Notes under the pieces: generated by a model
The model's database searches: none
What the model was told of the DNA's origin: nothing
What the model saw: the letters and a program-made list of their open reading frames with translations, nothing else
Part shown: in pieces, positions 1 to 10,383 of the stretch
Numbering within the stretch: position 1 is the first letter of the stretch
Layout of the letters: every line of letters starts with the position of its first letter
Source of the DNA: Carpediemonas membranifera BICM
Taxonomy: Eukaryota > Protista > Fornicata
Reading direction: 5' to 3'
Assembly (NCBI GenBank): GCA_019828565.1
Contig: JAHDYR010000025.1
Coordinates: 960,509 to 1,024,508 of the forward strand
Length of the DNA stretch: 64,000 nucleotides
Position numbers and translations under genes: made by a program

Positions 1-350
1 TCAATCTTCCAGTCCGTTGAGGGAGACTGCTTTAGGGTCATTGGAAAGCGTCGAGGGAGAGCCAAGACCAGGCTGGTGAAAGAGAAGAATGCTGCGCCCA
101 TTCCACTGGTCGCTGTGAGGTAGGCCTAAGCGTATTTTGTTCACATGCAGCCAAGTATTTATGGCTTTATCACTTTGTCTAAATCCAGATCGATGACACT
201 GAGATACTAAGCGGCACAGACCATGTCGACCCATCTAATTTTGACTCTGAAACCACGGCCATTGGATGAGAGAGCACGACGGCCGGTGATCAGACATTCT
301 TTTGACCCTCACTGTGGTCCTAGTCAACTAGATATTTACAGACATACTGC

Positions 351-3300
351 TCACTGGTAAAACGCATCGTCTCCGGAATCTTCGTCGTCATTTCTGTCAG
401 TCTCGAATACCAGCTTCGCATCAGCTTCAAGGCTGGCCACAGCGTCCTCGATATCGGGCATGTCTGGGTGGAACGCCCAGGTCGCCTTCTTCAGGGACTT
501 CAGCATCAGTAGGTAGTTGGAATAGTGCCTGCATGGGCTCACGGCGAGGGACAACAGCGCAGGTCGCTCCATAGGGCACCCCGTCATCTTGCCGACCTCA
601 CCATCGAAGAGACGGAACTCAGAAGAATAATCATCAGGGTCGAACAGAGGATGACTCGCCATCTTCGACCTTGTCGTCCGTTGGATGTATTCCTGGTAGT
701 CTTCCAATGCTTGTGGGCAACAAATGTGCTCGACGAGGACCTTCGCGAGCGATGTACGTGCGAAGACATTGAACGGTTCGACCAGCACGGTCCTGAGGCT
801 GGACAAAAGCTGCTGCGAGTGCTCGACAATGTCTCCCACGCCGTCGAACAACTCATCTGGATGCCGAAGCTCAGGTGGGAACGCATCAGCGTTGATCTGC
901 ACGATCCGCTTCCATTTGGGGATGACTTGATCGATGAGGAACTTCATGGACTTGACGAACTCTTCCTCCACCTTGATGAACTCCATCGCGTGTCCTCGTC
1001 TAGCCACCCGCTTGGAAGCGGTTGCCTCGAATGTCTTCGTGCTGAAAACAACCGGAGTCGCCTTGAAGACGGCCCGCTTCATGGCGTCGGGCGTGGTTAC
1101 CTTGGGCGGGAGACGAAGCTCCGTCCCTGCGTTATTCGTTCTGTCCGTTGTTCCAACCGGGACGGCGTTGATGTTTGACCCGCCCAGGCTTCGAACGACG
1201 GAAACCCTCTCATCGGCCCTGGAGGAAGCAAATACATAGTGCTCGAACCTGTGGCGCGTCTCGTCGTCCTCGAGGGCGGTGCGGAGGACGGCTTGCATAT
1301 CGGCAGTCCTGTCGTCGAATGTCAGAAGGCCGAGGACGTCATCGACGGTGCGAGGGCTGGGCTCGGTCAGCATGGCGCGGAGGTCATCGACGCTCAGTGC
1401 TCTGAGGGCTGCGAGCGTGTCGTCGCCGAGATTCTTCTCCATTCCCTCGCGGACGACTTTCATGCGCTCGGCAAAGCGACGCCGCACCTCATCGCGGTAC
1501 TCATCGAGGCCGACGGCGACGAACCCAGCGAGCGGGCACGCCTCGCGTGCAGCGGCGAGCGAAACCATCGCCCAGTGGAGCTCGGGCATCAGGGCCTCGA
1601 GGTCGACACCTTCGCCCTTCAGCGCGCGGAACCACGCCGAGCTGGCCATGTGGGCGGGCATCGCGATGTCGTTGAGCAGCATGAGCTGAAGCACGCGACC
1701 CAGCCCCACCAAAAGAGGGCGCAGCTCGGCAAGCTCCAGGTCGAGGATGCCCGGCGCGAAGACAAGCGTGCCAGCGCGGAACAGTGGCTGGTTGCCGACG
1801 AACGTATGTTGCACAGCATCAACCAGACCTGGCAGTGCGTTGGTCGCCTCCACGTCCGATAACGAGATGTTGGCACTGCTGAAATCCTTGCCTGCGCCAG
1901 CGAGCTCGCAAAGGTCGCTGGCCGGAAAACCAGCAAGTTCGAGAGACACGTCATCTCTTGGGCCGTTCCTGAAACTGTCACGGAAAGCAAGCATCGCGCC
2001 ACTCTGACCAGCGAGGCAGGCAAGAGCGTCGAAAGCAGTGAATCGCCGGGCAGGGTCATTGGCGAGCACGCCGCTCAGCGTCTCATTCAGCCTTCCGGTG
2101 GTGTGATCCGCGATCTGCTCCTCAATATAAGCGTCGCGTGGGGGGAACTTAGTGGCATCCACACGGATTCCAGTCAGGAATGCCAAGTACTGCGCGGCGT
2201 CCTTCTGGAAGATGAGGGAAAGGGCGATCAAACCCGCTCTGTACACGTCTGCGGCCTTTGACGCCTCCTCACGCATCATGTGCGTCATGTTCACCTCCTC
2301 TGGGGCAACGATCGGGCTGCTTAACCCACCGAGGATCTTTGTCGCGGTTGTCGTGTTCTCTGTGCTCGGAGGGGTCCCAAAAGTGTCGTAGTACCCGTTC
2401 TCGAAGCTGTACAACACAGGTTGGCCGTTTCTCTGACGGATGACGTCAGGATGCAGCGCCCGGTGTGTCGCTCCAGACCTATGCATTCGGGCAACTACTC
2501 TCAGCAGGCTCTCTAGGCGCGACTCTGTCAGAGGAGTTCCGTCACGGAACAGCGTGGGGAGATATTCCATGTAGAGATAGCACGTGCCCCTCACCTCTCC
2601 CACGGTCGTGTCGTCTGCTAGGTCGAAGATGATGTAGTGCAGTTTGGGCACAATGCGACTAGACGAAAGATGTGATAGGATCGTGGCCTCGCGGAGACAT
2701 CTCTTGCTCTCGCCGGCGGCTGGCCGATTGTCAGGGTTTTGTGACCGTCTGGCTCTCAGCTTAAATGCCTTGACAAAGAAAACATCGTCATTCCGTTTGA
2801 CAATGCGGTCGACGTTGGTGATGAGCGGATCGCGATCGATCCCGTTCGGGGATATATCGTGGAAATCTGTGACCGTCAAGTTGTGCCGCGTCTCAGGTAA
2901 CGCAAGCATATCAGCAATCTTGAGCTGCTTGAGCTTGTCGAGAAGCCCCTGGTCTTCTTTCACAAGGTTGATTTCTGGGCACAGCTCCGCATGCTGGTAA
3001 ACTGACTCGATAAGACTGTCAATCTTACGAACGCGTTCTTCTGAGCTGAGAACGCTACCAGCATGCGCCTGTTGCTGGACGGCGGCGTCACTCTGGGACT
3101 TGTGATACTGGTAGTTGCCCAGGTTCCGGCACTGCTGGATGACCTCTCTGACCTTCTCGAAGATCTCCAGGTCAGCCTCAGCGTTGACCTTGGTGTTCTT
3201 GAGCAGATCAAGCACCTCCTTGTCGGCGTTACGCAATCCGTTCATATGGAGCTCGGCCACCCAGGTCCACTTCCAGTCCTCGGCTGGCTCAGATTCTGAT

Positions 3301-4691
3301 ATGCCACGGAGGGTGGTGTACAAGCGCTTCTGCTGTGTCGGCTTCAGCACCGAGAGGGAGGGGTGCTCAAGTTCTTCGTCAGCCTGACTGACAAGGGCCC
3401 GGAGCTCGCTGAGAAAGTCGGAGGGTCGACCTGCATGTTGAAACGATGCAAGCTGGCCAACGACAGTGTGGCTGGCCATGAGCAGCTGGATCGTCCGGGC
3501 AATGTCGGCAATGACAGACTCGTAGGCTTTCTTGCGAGAGGCCGCGCGATCCTGCGCTGCAGATAGTTTGTCCTCACTGGCACCATCATGCTCCTGACCC
3601 AAGTGGACAGAAGAACGCCGGGCTGCGTCAAGCTGGGCTTTCAGGGCATTGAGGTCGGCAGGCGTGGTGTCCTCGAAGACAGTGATCTTGTCGAACGCCG
3701 CAGAGATTGACGTGGCGACTGTGACAGCGAGGGGCATCGTTGTGCAGAGTCTGACTGTCGCCTGTACAGCTTCCTGGAGGGTATCGCGTGCCATACGGTC
3801 AGACCAGGGCCTAACGGCCTCCTGCAGGTCACTGCTGAGAGGCGCGTTGACTGTAGAGCCGTCTTTCAGGACCCTACGGCATATAACGTCGTCGGCGCGG
3901 CTGACTTCAACCTCGATATCGGGTTGTTTGAGGCGGATTATGACCATGTTGGGGAGTTCAGTCTTAACCACCAGCCGGTTGATGATCGCGCGCAGGTGGG
4001 GAATGCGAAGTTTCAGTGTCCCATTTTGGTTGATGGTGCTGGGAATTTTGTCCCTGTCGATCGAGGCGAGGACATCCTCGACCTCCAAGAAAACGGCAAC
4101 GGCTGCCTGGACCGAGCTGTTGGCTGGGAGGACGCAGTACTTCGCCCTCTGGACAGGACTAGTGTAAGTATGCTCGCTTGAGGGCATGGCATCGTTTCTC
4201 ATCTGTCTGACATCGCGTGTGACGCTGCACTGCGGAACGGTCATGCCGAACTCAAAGCTGATGCGATGGTTGTTCAGGAGCATGGTATCAAGCACGTTCG
4301 AGAAATCATTGAACGTACTGACAACGTTCGCGGGGGGGATGAGTCTGAACCGCTCAAAGGCAAACGGGTCTTCGTTGAAGCGGTGGATCTTGGAAGTGTA
4401 CATCAGTGCGTTCAGCTGCTTCAGCAGTACGGTGAAGAGAGAGGGGCAGCCACTCTTGTGAACAAAGAAGCCTTCAATGTTGCTGACAACGACTGTAGGC
4501 GTGGGGACAGTGATGTAAATCGCCATATTCTCGGGAACAGGGATATTGCTGTTCAGGAAATACAGCAGAACACTTCGGAGGTCATCCTTATCCACGGCGC
4601 CGGAGGGGTACTTCTCCTTTGAATCCGGTTCGCGAGGGAGAATGAACGTCTCGCTGACGTCAAGATCGCCTGCGTAGAGGTTAGTTAGCAC
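351..4691 (-). CDS. Multidomain protein: coiled-coil region, pseudokinase, degenerate HECT-like domain, RhoGEF (DH) domain
   Basis: 1446-aa ORF. Kinase motifs FVKAF, LREATIL, HRALHPDV, APEE, ADVYRAG. HECT-like GRVLQLMLLN...FRALKGEGVDLEALMPEL...LRLPP. DH motifs EFIKVEEEFVKSM and SPCRHYSNYLLMLKSLKKAT. True 5' end is probably upstream via an intron at about 4670..4745 (GTATG...CTAAC...CAG on minus strand). Confidence 0.8.
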   Translation of the reverse strand: MLTNLYAGDLDVSETFILPREPDSKEKYPSGAVDKDDLRSVLLYFLNSNIPVPENMAIYITVPTPTVVVSNIEGFFVHKSGCPSLFTVLLKQLNALMYTSKIHRFNEDPFAFERFRLIPPANVVSTFNDFSNVLDTMLLNNHRISFEFGMTVPQCSVTRDVRQMRNDAMPSSEHTYTSPVQRAKYCVLPANSSVQAAVAVFLEVEDVLASIDRDKIPSTINQNGTLKLRIPHLRAIINRLVVKTELPNMVIIRLKQPDIEVEVSRADDVICRRVLKDGSTVNAPLSSDLQEAVRPWSDRMARDTLQEAVQATVRLCTTMPLAVTVATSISAAFDKITVFEDTTPADLNALKAQLDAARRSSVHLGQEHDGASEDKLSAAQDRAASRKKAYESVIADIARTIQLLMASHTVVGQLASFQHAGRPSDFLSELRALVSQADEELEHPSLSVLKPTQQKRLYTTLRGISESEPAEDWKWTWVAELHMNGLRNADKEVLDLLKNTKVNAEADLEIFEKVREVIQQCRNLGNYQYHKSQSDAAVQQQAHAGSVLSSEERVRKIDSLIESVYQHAELCPEINLVKEDQGLLDKLKQLKIADMLALPETRHNLTVTDFHDISPNGIDRDPLITNVDRIVKRNDDVFFVKAFKLRARRSQNPDNRPAAGESKRCLREATILSHLSSSRIVPKLHYIIFDLADDTTVGEVRGTCYLYMEYLPTLFRDGTPLTESRLESLLRVVARMHRSGATHRALHPDVIRQRNGQPVLYSFENGYYDTFGTPPSTENTTTATKILGGLSSPIVAPEEVNMTHMMREEASKAADVYRAGLIALSLIFQKDAAQYLAFLTGIRVDATKFPPRDAYIEEQIADHTTGRLNETLSGVLANDPARRFTAFDALACLAGQSGAMLAFRDSFRNGPRDDVSLELAGFPASDLCELAGAGKDFSSANISLSDVEATNALPGLVDAVQHTFVGNQPLFRAGTLVFAPGILDLELAELRPLLVGLGRVLQLMLLNDIAMPAHMASSAWFRALKGEGVDLEALMPELHWAMVSLAAAREACPLAGFVAVGLDEYRDEVRRRFAERMKVVREGMEKNLGDDTLAALRALSVDDLRAMLTEPSPRTVDDVLGLLTFDDRTADMQAVLRTALEDDETRHRFEHYVFASSRADERVSVVRSLGGSNINAVPVGTTDRTNNAGTELRLPPKVTTPDAMKRAVFKATPVVFSTKTFEATASKRVARRGHAMEFIKVEEEFVKSMKFLIDQVIPKWKRIVQINADAFPPELRHPDELFDGVGDIVEHSQQLLSSLRTVLVEPFNVFARTSLAKVLVEHICCPQALEDYQEYIQRTTRSKMASHPLFDPDDYSSEFRLFDGEVGKMTGCPMERPALLSLAVSPCRHYSNYLLMLKSLKKATWAFHPDMPDIEDAVASLEADAKLVFETDRNDDEDSGDDAFYQ

Positions 4692-5384
4692 CTTGTCGAC
4701 GTGCTCGCAGTCGGGGATGTGTCAGGAGTAGGGAGGGTGTCATACCATGGGCTGTGGAAGCGCGGAAGAAAGACACAAACGCTTTGGCGCTGGATAATGA
4801 AATTCTAGGGGTACATACGAGCTGAATAAGTTCCTTGGGGGCTACAAACCAGTGCGAGGACAACGGCTTCCGACTTCTGCGTTAGCGCAATTTTTAGCAA
4901 ACGTACAAGCTGCATAATGAGCGTAAACTTCTAACAAACGATCTGAATTACAGCTTAGAGGACAAAACGAACCGTCCACAGAACCGTTCTTTCATAGATT
5001 CTGCCAGTTTGGGTTTCTGTGGTGACTCGAGCTACAGTCGGTCGTCGCCGGTCGCGTTCCATCGTGACGGATGACGAATGGTAATCAGATGATCTGCTGC
5101 GGCTGGCTATCTCTATCGCATAGGGCTCACATCCCCCAGACATCCGCTTTGTCGCTTGTCCATCGTGACAAGCAGGTTTAGAGCGCCTCGGCGCAGTTCA
5201 GGTTCTCGGTTGCATGTAGAAGTTGCGCAGTCGGCTTCATGGGACCGATTGATAAACTTTGGTCTGATCTTGACCAGCTTGGGAGGTCTTCTTTGGATGA
5301 CTGCGGGGCAGAGTTTAGAGGCCATCAGCAGGTTGGGAGACAAATGCGGCTGGCTCTAGACTGAGCTCATGACTCACAGCGTCG

Positions 5385-5464
5385 CGTCTGCTTCGCAGCT
5401 GGCGTCGGTGGTCGGCGAGTCGGCAGTCAGAATTTGGCAACCACCGAACTGAGCGCTGAAAGCG
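5385..5464 (+). promoter_or_regulatory. Conserved 5' leader/promoter of the RCC1-like family
   Basis: CGCAGCTGGCGTCGGTGGTCGGCGAGTCGGCAGTCAGAATTTG...CCGAACTGAGCG precedes the ATG of R1 and recurs at 11994..12071(-), 15871..15950, 34080..34150(-), 38702..38781(-), and truncated at 45975..46014. Regulatory role is inferred. Confidence 0.6.
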
Positions 5465-7078
5465 ATGAGCAGCGCTAGTTCCTCGCCATCGGCCATCAAA
5501 GATGCCCTTATCTCCGCATATCGCGCCTCGCTCGTTGTAACGGCCTCCATCTCCGGGGACATCCCCTCGTTGCTCCAGCACGCCTACTCCAGGCACTTCC
5601 GCGAGCAGATGCCCTCGATCCACAACAACAAGAGCACTGTTACACCAACGAGCGTCCCTTCTCTCGAATCCCTCCTCGCCACGCTCTCCGAGATCCACCC
5701 TCTCGAACCATCCGCGCAAGCCCTCCTCGACCGCGCCCGCTCGATCCTCACCAGCGGCCCCCCGCTGTCCATGAACGTCGAGCTCGCGGATGGCGAGGAG
5801 CTCCCGGTCGCCATGCACACGCTGAACCAGGGCGCGGTGTGGGCGTGTCTGCTGGGTGGCGGGGCCAACCCCGATCTAGAGGACAGGGTGCTGGAGGAGG
5901 CTCGTGAGGTGCAGCCAGATGATATTGAGATGCATAACAGAATCCGCAAGGCTCTCACCCCCGAGGCCAAGTGCCTCTGGTTCCTCTGCCGCAAGTTCTT
6001 CTTCTCGCTGAACGTCGCCGAGAAGGACGGCGAGAGCTATCAGTACACAGTATACGGCGATTGCTACCACCACCTCATGTACATGGGCCGACTCTTCATG
6101 CTCGACACTGACTATCACGCCGCCCTCACCAGGGCCAGGATGCCCAGGGCCCTCGAGGTCTACAGCGACGAGATCACACACATCGCCAGGACACCCAAGG
6201 GTCTGTGGGGCTGGGGTGATAGCGGATATGGTCAGCTGGGGTTCAAGTCATCTGGGTTCGTCGACCCGACCCGCCTCACCTTCCCCAACTGCCCCAAGGT
6301 CGCCGAGCACGAGGCCAGCCTGCCCCCCTGGGAGAAGCAGAGGATGGTGACTGGTGTATCGATAATGAGCGGTCAGACGTTCATCCTCACCCCAGCCGGC
6401 ACTGTCATGGCGGGCAACAAGGCGAATTGGTTCATAGGCGAAGCCGAGAGGGGCAATAGACGTCTGTTCACCCCAGTAGCAGTGCCCACTGGATTTGTCC
6501 CAGATCACATCATGCATGCATGGAACAGCGCTGTCATCCTCTCAATGGGCGATCGGCAGGTGATCAGCGGAGAAAGCTGGAAAGGCCAGCTGGGACTTGG
6601 TCATGAGAATGATATGTCTGGATTCGTCGACTTGCCATTCAGGGTCGACCGGATCATGACTCCTGAAGATGATTTTAACGTCTTCCTCAGTGGCCGCCAG
6701 CTGCTCTTCGCTGGCCGAGTTACACCTCATATCGCCCAGTCGGGCCTGCTGCCTGGGTACAGCGAGGGCGACAAGTGCCTCACAGCCACCCAATTCCGGT
6801 TCCCAGAGAGAGTCAAGGGATTCTTTTGTGACTATGATCTTATCTGGGTCACTGAGGGCCGCACTCATCTATGCGACGGAGAAAACCAGTACAGCGTGCC
6901 TTTTGAGGCGATGGCAGTTGGTATCACAACTCAAGAAGATGAAGCCTTCAGCTCATTCCGCGACGCTACTGGCCAGTTGTTCAGGGTATCCGAGGCTGGC
7001 GCTGAGCCAGTCGAGTGCGAGACGCCCGAGTCGTGGGAAGACATCATTCCCGTCGACATCGACCCGTATGGTTCATAA
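5465..7078 (+). CDS. RCC1-like repeat family copy R1 (intact, 537 aa)
   Basis: RCC1/BLIP-II blade motifs GLWGWGDSGYGQLG and GQLGLGH; no signal peptide; near-identical to other copies. Confidence 0.85.
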   Translation: MSSASSSPSAIKDALISAYRASLVVTASISGDIPSLLQHAYSRHFREQMPSIHNNKSTVTPTSVPSLESLLATLSEIHPLEPSAQALLDRARSILTSGPPLSMNVELADGEELPVAMHTLNQGAVWACLLGGGANPDLEDRVLEEAREVQPDDIEMHNRIRKALTPEAKCLWFLCRKFFFSLNVAEKDGESYQYTVYGDCYHHLMYMGRLFMLDTDYHAALTRARMPRALEVYSDEITHIARTPKGLWGWGDSGYGQLGFKSSGFVDPTRLTFPNCPKVAEHEASLPPWEKQRMVTGVSIMSGQTFILTPAGTVMAGNKANWFIGEAERGNRRLFTPVAVPTGFVPDHIMHAWNSAVILSMGDRQVISGESWKGQLGLGHENDMSGFVDLPFRVDRIMTPEDDFNVFLSGRQLLFAGRVTPHIAQSGLLPGYSEGDKCLTATQFRFPERVKGFFCDYDLIWVTEGRTHLCDGENQYSVPFEAMAVGITTQEDEAFSSFRDATGQLFRVSEAGAEPVECETPESWEDIIPVDIDPYGS

Positions 7079-7159
7079 ATAGTGACAGCCAACCCCACCC
7101 CAAGTCTCTTAATCATTTATCACTCGCTCAAGCTGGCCCGCTTGTCGGCCCCGCTGCTC

Positions 7160-7577
7160 ATCCGAAAACGCTCTCACGCCCGAGGCCAAGTGCCTCTGGT
7201 TCCTCTGCCGCAAGTTCTTCTTCTCGCTGAACGTCGCCGAGAAGGACGGCGAGAGCTATCAGCGCCCTGTGCCCGACAGATGCTACCACCACCTCATGTA
7301 CATGGGCCGACTCTTCATGCTCGACACTGACTATCACGCCGCCCTCACCAGGGCCAGGATGCCCAGGGCCCTCGAGGTCTACAGCGACGAGATCACACAC
7401 ATCGCCAGGACACCCAAGGGTCTGTGGGGCTGGGGTGATAACGGCTCTGGTCAGCTGGGGTTCGAGTCGTCTGGGTTCGTCGACCCGACCCGCCTCACCT
7501 TCCCCGCCTGCCCCAAGGTCGCCGAGCACGAGGCCAGCCTGCCCCCCTGGGAGAAGCACAGGATGGTGACTGATGTG
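7160..7577 (+). pseudogene. RCC1-like family internal fragment R2
   Basis: Homologous from ALTPEAKCLWFLCRK to HRMVTDV; truncated at both ends. Confidence 0.85.
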
Positions 7578-7810
7578 CCTCGTGTGACGCCACAACAGCG
7601 CATAATAATGCCCTATCGAAGGCTACTCCCTCGTCGTGCTGAGCATGAAGCACAATGAGTTGGGGTGAGCTCTGAGGAGTGGTGATGCTGAATTGCAGAT
7701 CGGACAGGCAGATTGCTCAGTTTCTACACGACATTTAATAAAGTACATCGTGTTCTAAAAAGATTCTATCAGTTCTATGCAATAATACACCCATGCCAAT
7801 GTGACAAGCC

Positions 7811-10273
7811 TCACATCTCATCTGGCGCCAAGAGCACCAGATGTCTCCGGGCCCGCTCAACCTTTCGCCCCCACGAGCCGTACAACACGGCTGCTACCAA
7901 GACAGTGAACGAGAACAGGAAACATAAGAAAACGCCAGCCGCTGGGAAAACGACAAATGATGCGTCGAGCGCCACACGAACAAAAAGCTTGCCAAAGAAC
8001 CCACCGCCATCGTCGGCCAGGGAGAAGATTATGGGCTCCACAATGAACGTACGCAGACCGGCATGAAGCTCAACCGAAGCTTGCGGCGTATCAAGCATCA
8101 CGAGGGGCGTAAACCCATCACTAGAAGCCTGCCCAGCCCCCAACCCCACGGCGACAGCATCCAGCCCGCTGGGAGAGAGGAATATGTTCGCAGGGGCACA
8201 CCACTGGCCCTTAGACTCTACCCAGCCTGCCGAGAGATACGTTGTCACGTGCTCACCGACCACCATGATCGCCCAGGGCGTGTCTGTGGCAAAGGGAGAC
8301 TCGTCTACGGTGAAGGGGAGCTCGGCAGAGACGGCGCAGATCAGGGCGGGAACGATTGTGTTGGTTTGGGAGATTGTCGGGATTCCGGTCAAAGATATGT
8401 TCAAGATATGGAAATTATCGGAATAAATCTGTTCGTATTCGTAGCTGCACATGAATGTAAAATCGTTATCGTAAAGCGGTGGGCTGTTGAACATCACATC
8501 TTGGATGCTCAGGCTATCCCTAAAAAATCCAGGAATCGAATCTGGACAAAAGGGGGTTGGGTGAAATGCCTCGACCGCTGTGTCAACGATTCTGCGGCGG
8601 ACCCAATCTGATGCTTTGATCGACTCCGGCACCATGGTGTGAGTCACGACAGTTTCTCCACCATGGGCGTGGAATGTGACCTCCACGTCGCCTCTGTGGA
8701 GAACTGAAGCCGAGAAAGTGAGTGCGATCACAGCCATCGCATCAATTGATTGAATCAACACGCCGCCCCTCGACGAGTCGACCGACCTCATCCTGCTCTT
8801 AAAAGCAGACTCCACCAGGGTTATAGCCTCACCAAAGTGCAGGGTCGACCCGCATATAAACGTGCAAGCGGTGATATGCGGTCTGTCGTCAAACGTCATT
8901 TCCAGGTAGCCGTCCGGGCACCCTCCCTCGGGGGCATCGAGACAGGAGCTCTGGCCCCATGCTGGCTGGTACTTGGCCACCCCGCACGACCGCAGCTCCT
9001 CTCTGCGGACATCGCCGTCCACTGGCTGAGCGTAGCCTGGTGGGGCAGGCTGGCATCGCCCGTCATTGATGAAAAAGCCCTTGCCGCAAGTCGTGCGACC
9101 CACACCGCAGTCGAGAGGGGTGGGTGAAGTAAATATCGCAGTGGAAGTTAGCCCAGACTGCATAGAGAAGTGCCGGTCGAGCTCCATGGGCAGAGGGACC
9201 TGTACGGGTGTCCGCTGATAAACATCATGGCCCGAGTGGAACGTTCCCAGTCGACCCAGGATTGCTAGACCCACTCCAAACACGCTGTGGCCCACCCCAT
9301 CCCACTGCGCTGCGAGAGAAAAGAGCAGGCCAGCACTGACCGCCGTAATGTTTCGAAGACCGGTGTCAGTGAGGGTGGGTGTGGGTGTATTGTGACCGAG
9401 GAAGAGCTCGTAGCCCTCGTTCTTTCCGATGGCGAAGAGCTCGTTGTCCTCACTGATGATTAAGGCGCCAGAGATGGTCGCGCGTGCAGTTTTTGCTCTG
9501 AATGGAAGGTCGATCTTAGTGAATGAGTCAAGAAAGCCATCCAGCCACTGCCCAGAGACAAATACCTCGCCCGTATCTGTCAAAACCAGGCTAGTGTTGA
9601 CGATGGAATCGACGGTCATCGGCCTGGAATTCGAGGGCAGGTCGACAATTGTGGGGTATTCAAAGAGCAGCCCTTGATCGACTGACAGGCCAAGCTGGCC
9701 CAGGTCATTGCATCCCATGCCCAGTATAATACCATCGCTCAGGAGCATTGTGTGGCATGACCCGGCTGCAGCGTCGAGGATGGGGGCAAAGAGGGGTATG
9801 ACCCTTGGTTTGCACTCGTGGCTGTTCATCTGGCCTGTCCCAAGCTGGCCGTACTCGTTCGACCCGTATGCCATGGTCAGGTTGTTGTTGAAACCGACAA
9901 CAGTGTGTGCCCCACCAACAGCGACGGCAACGGGCTTGATGTCTGCTATACTGGTGTGCACCTTCTCGTAAAGAGAGCGCGGGGCAGACGACTGGCGGCC
10001 TAGGGCGCAATCTGTGTTGCAGCCAGCCGAATAGAAAGCAGTGGGGCTCAGCATGACGGAAAAGGGGCAGGATGACTTGGAGAGAGCGATCTGAACTGGC
10101 TCATAGTCAGACACGTAGGTTATATTGGCTGGTGGAGTGATGCTGAACGTTGTTCCGAGCTCGTAGAAGGTGTTTCCGCCCCAGAAGACGGCATCGGTCG
10201 CAAAAGAGAAAGAAAAGAGGCTAACAAGTGCTGCAGTGACAATTATGATATGTATGTTGAAGCAATAGAGCAT
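7811..10273 (-). CDS. Membrane protein with signal peptide, RCC1-like repeats, Cys-rich module and C-terminal TM segment(s)
   Basis: ATG at 10273 gives hydrophobic MLYCFNIHIIIVTAALVSLFSFSFA; AVGGAHT, YGSNEYGQLG, GCNDLGQLG; CQPAPPGYAQP...CGVAKYQP; hydrophobic C-terminus. The upstream part of the track ORF overlaps R3. Confidence 0.8.
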   Translation of the reverse strand: MLYCFNIHIIIVTAALVSLFSFSFATDAVFWGGNTFYELGTTFSITPPANITYVSDYEPVQIALSKSSCPFSVMLSPTAFYSAGCNTDCALGRQSSAPRSLYEKVHTSIADIKPVAVAVGGAHTVVGFNNNLTMAYGSNEYGQLGTGQMNSHECKPRVIPLFAPILDAAAGSCHTMLLSDGIILGMGCNDLGQLGLSVDQGLLFEYPTIVDLPSNSRPMTVDSIVNTSLVLTDTGEVFVSGQWLDGFLDSFTKIDLPFRAKTARATISGALIISEDNELFAIGKNEGYELFLGHNTPTPTLTDTGLRNITAVSAGLLFSLAAQWDGVGHSVFGVGLAILGRLGTFHSGHDVYQRTPVQVPLPMELDRHFSMQSGLTSTAIFTSPTPLDCGVGRTTCGKGFFINDGRCQPAPPGYAQPVDGDVRREELRSCGVAKYQPAWGQSSCLDAPEGGCPDGYLEMTFDDRPHITACTFICGSTLHFGEAITLVESAFKSRMRSVDSSRGGVLIQSIDAMAVIALTFSASVLHRGDVEVTFHAHGGETVVTHTMVPESIKASDWVRRRIVDTAVEAFHPTPFCPDSIPGFFRDSLSIQDVMFNSPPLYDNDFTFMCSYEYEQIYSDNFHILNISLTGIPTISQTNTIVPALICAVSAELPFTVDESPFATDTPWAIMVVGEHVTTYLSAGWVESKGQWCAPANIFLSPSGLDAVAVGLGAGQASSDGFTPLVMLDTPQASVELHAGLRTFIVEPIIFSLADDGGGFFGKLFVRVALDASFVVFPAAGVFLCFLFSFTVLVAAVLYGSWGRKVERARRHLVLLAPDEM

Positions 10274-10383
10274 ACTTGAAGTGAGTATAGAGCCCAAACG
10301 GCACTGAGAGGTACGATGAACGAACCAAATCTGCTTTCCTAAGGATGCACCTTGGTTGCAAAACAAGGGCCGGCTGACAGTAT

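Noticed and set aside
1-234. 77-aa minus-strand ORF at the window edge
   Set aside because: No recognisable motif; cannot be supported.
5385-7100. RCC1 unit as an autonomous transposon or Helitron
   Set aside because: No transposase or RepHel, no TIRs, no consistent TSD; ends vary among copies.
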